Below are positions 17,243-23,793 of a stretch of 32,000 nucleotides of DNA, piece after piece (position 1 is the stretch's first letter; the number at the start of each line of letters is the position of its first letter). A model generated the notes under the pieces. The model saw only the letters and a list, made by a program, of their open reading frames with translations, was not told where the DNA came from and made no database searches. The position numbers were made by a program, and so were the translations under genes. The DNA lies in assembly GCA_000503915.1 (NCBI GenBank), contig CP006915.1:720001-752000 (forward strand). Reading direction: 5' to 3'. Origin of the DNA: Candidatus Saccharimonadota bacterium (GTDB taxonomy: Bacteria > Patescibacteriota > Saccharimonadia > Saccharimonadales > Saccharimonadaceae).

Positions 17243-17271
17243 AGTATAGCAGATGGTTTTAGTTCAGACAA
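17243..17271 (-). promoter_or_regulatory. candidate nusA promoter TTGTCT-17-TATACT
   Basis: Minus strand -35 TTGTCT (17271..17266) and -10 TATACT (17248..17243). It shares the GCTATACTAA context with the clpC and dnaE promoters and lies upstream of the hairpin. Confidence 0.5.
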
Positions 17272-17278
17272 ATACTAG

Positions 17279-18868
17279 TTACGGCAAAGTATAGGTGTAC
17301 GTACAGGTTGTACCACTGAGTGTTCCGCCATCGGCACAGTAGTAATATCCACCATCTTGAGTGGCAGCGTAGCTAGTAGTACACGTTGAGCCGCTCAGAT
17401 TGCCACCACTCGGACAGTAGTAATAACCGCCGCCACTACTGTACGATGCGCTATAGCTACAGGTTGAACCGCTCAGGGTACCACCGTTAGGGCACGAGTA
17501 AGGGTAAGTAGCTGGCTGGGTTTTAGTGCAAGTAATGCTATCAGGGAATGGGCTTCCTGACCCCGTCTGAGTATAGCCTGCTGGACAGCCTGTTTTTGTG
17601 TTTGAACCAACAGTCGATGTGCACGTCTCGTTGGTTGGCCCACTCCAGCCACTTGGGCACGTCGGTGTCGTAGCCGCATTATAGCTACAAGTAGTGCCGC
17701 TCAAGGTACCGCCATTCGGGCAATAATACCCCCCGCTACTATATGTGGCAGGGTATGAACTCTGACAGTTAGTGCCTACTAGAGTACCCCCACTTGGGCA
17801 GCTGTAATATCCGGATGTATAGGTGGCAGACTTGTAACATACGCCGTTATAGGTGTATCCACTTGGGCAGCTGTAGGTTGTCGTAGCAGTAGCCTCGTGC
17901 ATATTATAACAGTTGGATCCACCCCAATTATAGCCGGCTGCTTCACAGCCAGATTGAGTAGTGTAGTTTGGCCGATCATGGCGACAGTTATTAAATTGAT
18001 TGAGAGTGTCGTAATTGGGATGTGCACAGCTATAGGTCGTTGTAGCAGTAGCACTCACTTCACATTTATCGCCCGATAATGCTCCACCGCTAGGACAGGA
18101 ATAATATCCGGCCGTATACGTAGCTGGCGTCGAGGAGTTGCATGTTGTGCCACTTAGGGTACCACCGCTCGGACAAGTATACACGCCCGAACTTTGATAA
18201 CTCGCTGCATACGTACTCGTACACGTCGTACCACTCAATGTGCCACCACTCGGGCAGCTGTAAGTGCCGCTCTGGTAGGTAGCAGCGTAGGTTTTGGTAC
18301 AGGTATTGCCGCTTTGGGTTTCACCGGCGGCACAGGTGGCGGTACCGGCGACTGGCGTGAAGGTATCGTGCAGGCTTTTGGCGATGACGATACTGTTGTC
18401 GCTTTCTTTCTGGTATTGGAGCTGGTAGCCATCACAGTAGCCAGTCAGGCTGGTCTGGCACTGGGTGTTTTTGGTACTGTTGGTGGTGTTGGCACTGTAG
18501 AGCAGCCGGGTGGGGCTAGGACTACTGGTGACGATGGAGTTCTTGGTGGCGTCGTCCGCCAGGGGGAGTTTGAAGGTGTTGGCACTAACGACACCGAGCT
18601 TTTGTCTGAGGGTTGCCACGTCTTGGCTGGTCATAAGAGCAACTGAGGGGTATTCACCGTTTTCACGGTAGTACTTTTCTAGAGCGGTCGAGAGAATCTT
18701 GACGTTAGCGTCACGGGCAGTATCGCGGCTGCTCTTTTGGATTGATGCGGCTGAGAGAGAGACCAGGCCAGCCAGGAGGCCGATGACGATGACGACGATG
18801 GTGAGTTCGACAAGGGTGAAGGCGGGGAGGAAACGATTAATGCGTTGTTGTTTTAGTGTTTTTGCCAT
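17279..18868 (-). CDS. large type IV pilin-like protein (ComGC-type prepilin N-terminus) with a Cys-hairpin repeat domain
   Basis: 529 aa. Class III signal ...RFLPA|FTLVELTIVVIVIGLLAGL with F1 and E5 and Ala at -1, as in streptococcal ComGC. The C-terminal 350 aa is Ser/Thr/Gly/Tyr-rich and carries 30 Cys. Confidence 0.8.
   Translation of the reverse strand: MAKTLKQQRINRFLPAFTLVELTIVVIVIGLLAGLVSLSAASIQKSSRDTARDANVKILSTALEKYYRENGEYPSVALMTSQDVATLRQKLGVVSANTFKLPLADDATKNSIVTSSPSPTRLLYSANTTNSTKNTQCQTSLTGYCDGYQLQYQKESDNSIVIAKSLHDTFTPVAGTATCAAGETQSGNTCTKTYAATYQSGTYSCPSGGTLSGTTCTSTYAASYQSSGVYTCPSGGTLSGTTCNSSTPATYTAGYYSCPSGGALSGDKCEVSATATTTYSCAHPNYDTLNQFNNCRHDRPNYTTQSGCEAAGYNWGGSNCYNMHEATATTTYSCPSGYTYNGVCYKSATYTSGYYSCPSGGTLVGTNCQSSYPATYSSGGYYCPNGGTLSGTTCSYNAATTPTCPSGWSGPTNETCTSTVGSNTKTGCPAGYTQTGSGSPFPDSITCTKTQPATYPYSCPNGGTLSGSTCSYSASYSSGGGYYYCPSGGNLSGSTCTTSYAATQDGGYYYCADGGTLSGTTCTYTYTLP
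17303..18334 (-). repeat. in-frame array of about 14 Cys-x(10-19)-Cys units, core YxCPSGGTLSGTTC, period about 26-27 aa
   Basis: Cys pairs at aa 179/190, 205/216, 232/243, 258/269, 281/295, 308/320, 334/344, 357/368, 383/394, 404/416, 428/447, 459/470, 485/496 and 511/522. Nine have exact C-x10-C spacing. Confidence 0.85.
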
Positions 18869-18877
18869 ACCACTTTA

Positions 18878-18906
18878 AATATAAGCAATATTGTTAAGAA
18901 ATGCAA
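18878..18906 (-). promoter_or_regulatory. candidate pilin promoter TTGCAT-17-TATATT, only 9 nt from the ATG
   Basis: Minus strand -35 TTGCAT (18906..18901) and -10 TATATT (18883..18878). ATG at 18868. No SD is visible. Confidence 0.4.
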
Positions 18907-18979
18907 TGATGCAGGCTAGTTTTTATAGACCTTTTTTATCTATACTATAAGGCCTGTTAAAGATCGTCTTTCACCGTTG

Positions 18980-19648
18980 TTATTGGCATCGAGCTAGAAT
19001 ACTGGCAATTACCTGCTTTTCGCCTTCTGTAACCCATAAGTGATATTTTGCTTTAACGGCGATTTGGCGTGAAATGTACTGACAACGAAACGATTTATTT
19101 GGCGGCAGCCAGGTTGCGGCGTCACCATCTGACTTTTGCTCATTGGCTAGACCGTCAACGGCCAAAAGATTGAGTGGATCATTATAAAATGCCTTCCGCT
19201 GCACATAGTTTAGTTGTTGTGCACCTTTTTGCCAGGCATCGCTCACCGCTACAATATGATCTATCTGAACAGCTACGCTCGTGTCGGAACCACGCTGGAA
19301 ATTGATTATTTTACCGGCATAAGGATCCTGAAGTATACCCGAGAGCACTTCACAGTCGCTATTTACCTGTGGGTTCTTCAGGTCTCGTAGCAAAATTCGA
19401 TTGCGTGTGTCACAGCCGCCAGTCATCTGCCAATCCCCTCCGAACTGATCACGGCTATAGTCGGTTCTTGGTGCCCGCCCCTTTATCTCCAGTTGCTCCA
19501 ATTGCTGCCGAGCGATTTGGACAGACGAGGTCTGGTGATGGACGTCTTTTGTCGGCTGCCCTACATCCGTCTGCGAAACAGGTATCGCAAGCGCGAGCAA
19601 CAAAACAAAAACGAATACAAGCTGACGCCTACGGTAGGAGTGAGTCAT
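18980..19648 (-). CDS. secreted DUF1524 / His-Me finger (HNH-type) nuclease family protein
   Basis: YSRDQFGGDWQMTGGCDTRNRILLRDL, VQIDHIVAVSDAWQKGA, NDPLNLLAVDGLANEQKSDGDAATWLPPNK and RCQYISRQIAVKAKYHLWVT match the actinobacterial-type DUF1524 secreted nuclease family. Signal-like MTHSYRRRQLVFVFVLLLALAIPVS. I prefer ATG 19648. The track ORF extends to GTG 19687, which would overlap pepN. Confidence 0.75.
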   Translation of the reverse strand: MTHSYRRRQLVFVFVLLLALAIPVSQTDVGQPTKDVHHQTSSVQIARQQLEQLEIKGRAPRTDYSRDQFGGDWQMTGGCDTRNRILLRDLKNPQVNSDCEVLSGILQDPYAGKIINFQRGSDTSVAVQIDHIVAVSDAWQKGAQQLNYVQRKAFYNDPLNLLAVDGLANEQKSDGDAATWLPPNKSFRCQYISRQIAVKAKYHLWVTEGEKQVIASILARCQ

Positions 19649-19655
19649 GCTACGT

Positions 19656-19663
19656 AGTATAAT
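19656..19663. promoter_or_regulatory. overlapping divergent -10 boxes (TATACT on -, TATAAT on +)
   Basis: AGTATAAT at 19656-19663. Minus TATACT (19661..19656) is 7 nt from the nuclease ATG at 19648. Plus TATAAT (19658-19663) is 8 nt from the pepN ATG at 19672. Confidence 0.45.
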
Positions 19664-19665
19664 GG

Positions 19666-22176
19666 ATGAACATGCAGACTGTATCACGCCTCATTCAAAA
19701 CTTCACGCCCGAACAGTATCAACTTTCACTCGAGATTGACCGCACCAACAAAACATTCACCGGCACCGTCACAATAAACGGTATCTCACACGTTGAAAAT
19801 GAACTGCGCCTTCACGCCAAAAGTTTGACGATCAAGACCGTCGTTATCGACGGCAAGACAGCGACCTGGACCCAGACTGAGAATGACGAGTTACTACTCA
19901 AGCAGCCAGAGATAAAGCCAGGCAAGCACATTGCAGTGCTTGGGTTCAGTGGCATAATTACCGACGCCATGCACGGCATGTACCCATGCAACTTCGAGCA
20001 TGGTGGCAAAAAGAAGCAGCTGATCGCAACGCAATTTGAAAGCCATCATGCGCGCGAAGTCTTTCCTTGCGTTGACGAACCAGAAGCGAAGGCGATCTAC
20101 GACGTCACCCTAACCACTGAGAAGGGCGTCACCGTACTCGGTAATATGCCAGTGAGGCAGCAGCGCACTGAGGACGGCAAACTCGTCACTACTTTTGAGC
20201 GGACGCCGCGCATGAGTAGCTATCTGCTCGCCTGGGTTGTCGGTGAGCTGCATAAAAAAACTGCCAAGACAAAAAGTGGCGTCGAAGTGAACGTTTGGGC
20301 GACACCCGCCCAAAGTTCGGAAAGTCTCGACTTCGCGCTTCAATTCGCAACACGAACGATTGATTTCTTCGATGAATACTTCGGCGTCGCCTACCCTCTG
20401 CCAAAATCCGACCACGTAGCATTGCCGGACCTTTCGTCCGGTGCCATGGAGAACTGGGGACTAATTACGTACCGCGAGGTTGCTCTTCTAGCTGACCCGA
20501 AAACCACTAGTATTTCGAACCGGCGCTATATCGCCATGGTAGTCGCTCACGAACTGAGCCACCAATGGTTCGGTAACCTCGTCACCATGAAGTGGTGGAA
20601 TAACTTATGGCTCAACGAGAGTTTTGCCAACCTCATGGAATACATCGCTGTTGACGCGCTCCACCCAGAGTGGAATATTTGGCTTGATTATTCTTCCAGT
20701 GAAACAATCATGGCGCTCAGACGCGACGCGCTAGATGGCGTACAGGCTGTACAGACCGAAGTTAACCACCCTGATGAAATCAGTACATTGTTTGACGGCG
20801 CCATCGTCTATGCCAAGGGTGGGCGTCTGCTGCGTATGTTGCAGCATTATATCGGTCACGATGCCTTTCGCGCCGGATTGCAAAGTTATTTTAAAAAATA
20901 TGCCTATCAAAACACTGAAGGTGACGATTTGTGGCACGAATTATCAACGGCAAGTGGCAAAGATATCGCTGGCTTCATGAATGATTGGATTTCCCAACCC
21001 GGCTATCCCGTCGTTCACGTCGAAGAAAATGGGCTTCGCCAGGAGCAGTTTTTCGTCGGGACTCACCAAGCAAGCAACAGACGGTGGCCAATCCCGCTTG
21101 GAGCCAGCTCATCGGTCATGCCACCACTCATGGAAACGAGCTTGCTCGCTACCACTATCGAACCCGGTGAGCGCCTGAACGTCGGCGACACGGCGCACTT
21201 TATCACGCATTATCCGACTGACTATTTAACTGCGCTCGTCGAGCAGGTTCGTATCGGCTCGCTTGAAGCGATCGACCGTTTGCAGCTACTGCACGAACAG
21301 ACCATGCTGGCGCGTGGCGCGATCAGTCCCAGCGCTGAACTGATTCCACTACTTGAAGCCTACAAACATGAACAGGTCGAAAGTGTCTGGGATATTATTG
21401 CGCTTGCGCTTGGCGAGCTTAAGAAATTTGTCGAGACCGACAAAGAAGCTGAAACGAGCTTACGCGAACTTTCGCGCCACATTGCCGAGCGTGAATATAA
21501 ACGGCTCGGCTGGCAGGCGGAAGAGGCTGAACCTGAAACCGATAGCAAACTCCGCGCTATTATCCTCAGCATGACGCTCTACGGCGAAGAAAAGAGTGCA
21601 ATCGACAAAGCTCACACACTCTTTCGGGCTGGAGTCGATACCATTGATCCTGAACTTCGCAGTCTAATCACCGCAAGTGAGGTGCGTCATTTTGAAACAC
21701 CGGAGCTGATCGACTCGCTTATTGAACGGTATCGCACGACGCCATCAAGCGATTTGCAAATGGATATTTGTGCCGGTATCACCAGTACGCGTAATCCCAA
21801 AACCATCCAAAAACTACTACTGACCATAAAAGATCCTTCCATCGTTCGCGCGCAAGATGTCTTCCGTTGGTTCGTTTCCCTCATCCGTGGCCGCGAATCA
21901 CGCGTCGCCACCTGGCAGTGGATGAAAGAGAATTGGGAATGGATTGAGACAACCTACGCCGGCGATAAAAGCTTTGATGATTTCCCGCGCTACGCTGCCA
22001 CGGGTCTTATTACGCAAGAGCAGCTCGAAGATTACCAAGCGTTCTTTGCCCCCATGCAAAGCATCCCAGCCTTAAAGCGTGTCATCCAGCTCGGCATCGC
22101 CGAGATCGCAGCTCGTGTTGAGCTGATTGACCGTGACGCAGCTGCCGTTCGGCGAGCCTTATTCGATCTCGAGTAG
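19666..22176 (+). CDS. pepN: aminopeptidase N (M1 family)
   Basis: 836 aa. GAMENWG exopeptidase motif, HELSHQWFGN...E zinc site, ERAP1-like C-terminal domain. The start may be the second ATG at 19672. Confidence 0.9.
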   Translation: MNMQTVSRLIQNFTPEQYQLSLEIDRTNKTFTGTVTINGISHVENELRLHAKSLTIKTVVIDGKTATWTQTENDELLLKQPEIKPGKHIAVLGFSGIITDAMHGMYPCNFEHGGKKKQLIATQFESHHAREVFPCVDEPEAKAIYDVTLTTEKGVTVLGNMPVRQQRTEDGKLVTTFERTPRMSSYLLAWVVGELHKKTAKTKSGVEVNVWATPAQSSESLDFALQFATRTIDFFDEYFGVAYPLPKSDHVALPDLSSGAMENWGLITYREVALLADPKTTSISNRRYIAMVVAHELSHQWFGNLVTMKWWNNLWLNESFANLMEYIAVDALHPEWNIWLDYSSSETIMALRRDALDGVQAVQTEVNHPDEISTLFDGAIVYAKGGRLLRMLQHYIGHDAFRAGLQSYFKKYAYQNTEGDDLWHELSTASGKDIAGFMNDWISQPGYPVVHVEENGLRQEQFFVGTHQASNRRWPIPLGASSSVMPPLMETSLLATTIEPGERLNVGDTAHFITHYPTDYLTALVEQVRIGSLEAIDRLQLLHEQTMLARGAISPSAELIPLLEAYKHEQVESVWDIIALALGELKKFVETDKEAETSLRELSRHIAEREYKRLGWQAEEAEPETDSKLRAIILSMTLYGEEKSAIDKAHTLFRAGVDTIDPELRSLITASEVRHFETPELIDSLIERYRTTPSSDLQMDICAGITSTRNPKTIQKLLLTIKDPSIVRAQDVFRWFVSLIRGRESRVATWQWMKENWEWIETTYAGDKSFDDFPRYAATGLITQEQLEDYQAFFAPMQSIPALKRVIQLGIAEIAARVELIDRDAAAVRRALFDLE

Positions 22177-23127
22177 TTCTTCAATTACCGGCGACACACC
22201 GACCGTAGTCGCTACCATTAGAAGCGCGTTTGCCTCCGGCGCAAATCTTGTCAGGTATGCCTCAGCCGCAAATTTCATCTGACGCAACTTTTTTGCCGTG
22301 ATTGCCGCTAGTCCACCGCCGCGTACGATATTTTTACGATGCTTAACTTCGACAAAATAAACTGTGTCATTCTTTCTCGCTACGATATCGATTTCGCAGA
22401 ACTTTGTTTTCCAGTTCCTGGCAAGAACCTCATACCCCCGCTTGCGTAATTCGTCCGTCACCAGAGTTTCAGCCGCATCACCAATCTCTTTTGATGAATG
22501 TCTCTCTGACGCGGCAACAGTTTGGGTACTCGCGGGCTTGATACGTTTATTGTACTTTGCAAGTGGCGCAAAGCTGAGTCGATGCAAGGGCGTTACCCCG
22601 TATTTCTCTATCGCCGCACGATGTATAGCAGTACCGTAGCCAACGTGCGAGGCAAAGCCGTAATCCGGATATAGCTCTGCCTGCTGCACCATATATTCAT
22701 CACGGGCGACCTTGGCGACGATACTGGCTGCACTAACGGCTGCTATCAGTAGGTCTGCTTTTTTGAGTGTCGTCACGTAGCGCCCTTTTGGGGTGTCTTT
22801 TAAAAAGTTAACCGTCCCATCGAGAATAATTTCATGATACGCTACCCCTAGCGTGTCGACTGCCTGTACAGCGCGTTGACACGCTAGCGCTAGCGCCTGG
22901 CTCAGGCCTAGCGTGTCGATCTCATCAGCACGCACCCAGCCAAGGCCAACGCCAGCTGCCTTTTCACGAATTTCCAGGGCGAGTTCGGTACGCCGCTTTG
23001 CCGAGAGCTTCTTGCTGTCAGTCAACCCATCGATATCACAGCCCAACACCACTGCTCCGACCACCAATGGACCAGCCCAGGGTCCACGACCTACCTCATC
23101 GATGCCAAGTATCATACTTTCCAGCAT
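22159..23127 (-). CDS. rnhB: RNase HII fused to a YraN-family (UPF0102) endonuclease domain
   Basis: 322 aa. N-terminal GIDEVGRGPWAGPLV...DSKKL...HRLSFAPL (RNase HII, aa 1 to about 192). C-terminal IGDAAETLVTDELRKRGYEVLARNWKTKFCEIDIVARKNDTVYFVEVKHRK (YraN, aa about 214-322, nt about 22162-22488). The 3' end overlaps pepN by 18 bp. Confidence 0.8.
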   Translation of the reverse strand: MLESMILGIDEVGRGPWAGPLVVGAVVLGCDIDGLTDSKKLSAKRRTELALEIREKAAGVGLGWVRADEIDTLGLSQALALACQRAVQAVDTLGVAYHEIILDGTVNFLKDTPKGRYVTTLKKADLLIAAVSAASIVAKVARDEYMVQQAELYPDYGFASHVGYGTAIHRAAIEKYGVTPLHRLSFAPLAKYNKRIKPASTQTVAASERHSSKEIGDAAETLVTDELRKRGYEVLARNWKTKFCEIDIVARKNDTVYFVEVKHRKNIVRGGGLAAITAKKLRQMKFAAEAYLTRFAPEANALLMVATTVGVSPVIEELLEIE

Positions 23128-23133
23128 ACGCTA

Positions 23134-23164
23134 AAAAATACGCCCCATCTAGGGGGCGTATTTT
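23134..23164. terminator. intrinsic terminator after rplS (bidirectional shape)
   Basis: 10-bp stem AATACGCCCC/GGGGCGTATT with loop ATCTAG. A TTTTTT run follows on the minus strand. It sits 17 nt after the rplS stop and only a few nt before the rnhB start. Confidence 0.7.
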
Positions 23165-23180
23165 GATTTCCTTCAGAGAT

Positions 23181-23705
23181 CTATTTGGTTTCTTCGTGAC
23201 GAGCTTCGACTTCCGCCTGCTTTTTGACGAGTTCGGCCTCTTCAGCTTCTTTTTCGGCGGCTTTCGCTTCAGCGGCTTGCTTGGCTTCTTCCTTCAGGCG
23301 CGCTTCTTCGGCCTCGGCGTGCGGGTCACGAATGTCGTTGACACCTTCACGGTCGAAATTAACTGCACTGAGACGTGCACTCTTACCTGAGCGCTGTCGT
23401 AGAAAACTAAGGTAATTGCGGCGCACCTTCGAGCGACGAACAATTTCGACTTTCTCTACTAGCGGGCTATGCAACAGGAAGCTTTTTTCCACGCCGACAC
23501 CACTGGTCACTTTGCGTACCGTGATACGCGAGGTGTGCTGGTTTTTATTGTCGGTACGGATGACCACACCCTCAAAGATCTGGATACGCTCTTTAGCACC
23601 TTCTTTAATCTTCTGGTGGACACGAACCGTGTCACCACTTCGGGTATCGACAACCGCCGCCTTTTTTTGGGCGTCGTTCACCTTCTGGATCAATGCAAAA
23701 CTCAT
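23181..23705 (-). CDS. rplS: 50S ribosomal protein L19 with a Glu/Ala/Lys-rich C-terminal extension of about 59 aa
   Basis: 174 aa. The first 115 aa or so are canonical L19 (GDTVRVH.KI.EG.KERIQ.FEG.VI...VRK...G.GVE..F..HSP). The tail is HAEAEEARLKEEAKQAAEAKAAEKEAEEAELVKKQAEVEARHEETK. AAGGTGAG SD upstream. Confidence 0.9.
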   Translation of the reverse strand: MSFALIQKVNDAQKKAAVVDTRSGDTVRVHQKIKEGAKERIQIFEGVVIRTDNKNQHTSRITVRKVTSGVGVEKSFLLHSPLVEKVEIVRRSKVRRNYLSFLRQRSGKSARLSAVNFDREGVNDIRDPHAEAEEARLKEEAKQAAEAKAAEKEAEEAELVKKQAEVEARHEETK

Positions 23706-23749
23706 CTAATTTCTCACCTTAATCGTTTATATTGCTAATCTAGTTGTAA

Positions 23750-23758
23750 ATTGTAGCA
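23750..23758 (-). promoter_or_regulatory. candidate extended -10 promoter (TGcTACAAT) for rplS
   Basis: Minus strand TGCTACAAT (23758..23750), about 45 nt upstream of ATG 23705. Confidence 0.4.
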
Positions 23759-23781
23759 TAGAACTCGCGGTTTTAAAAGGG

Positions 23782-23787
23782 TATACT
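23782..23787 (+). promoter_or_regulatory. -10 box TATACT, 6 nt upstream of the malic enzyme ATG (leaderless architecture)
   Basis: TATACT-GGGGTA-ATG(23794). No SD. The spacing places +1 on the A of the ATG. Confidence 0.5.
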
Positions 23788-23793
23788 GGGGTA

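Noticed and set aside
17303-18334. An approximately 80-bp periodic repeat that could be mistaken for a CRISPR array or minisatellite.
   Set aside because: The repeats are in frame within one long ORF and are conserved at the peptide level, not the nucleotide level. There is no invariant DNA repeat unit.
18194-18646. A 150-aa + strand ORF, and other ORFs on both strands, inside the pilin gene.
   Set aside because: They are Gly/Thr/Val/Arg-rich translations of the antisense or off-frame pilin repeat region, with no start signals. The prepilin frame explains the region.
18924-18944. The hairpin TATAGA-N9-TCTATA between the nuclease and pilin genes as a terminator.
   Set aside because: It is only a 6-bp all-A/T stem with a 9-nt loop, too weak to call. 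Co-transcription of the nuclease and pilin genes remains possible.
23706-23793. An L19 leader autoregulatory RNA upstream of rplS.
   Set aside because: The predicted leader is only about 38 nt, and I could not see a convincing conserved stem mimicking the L19 binding site. This cannot be confirmed without a covariance model.
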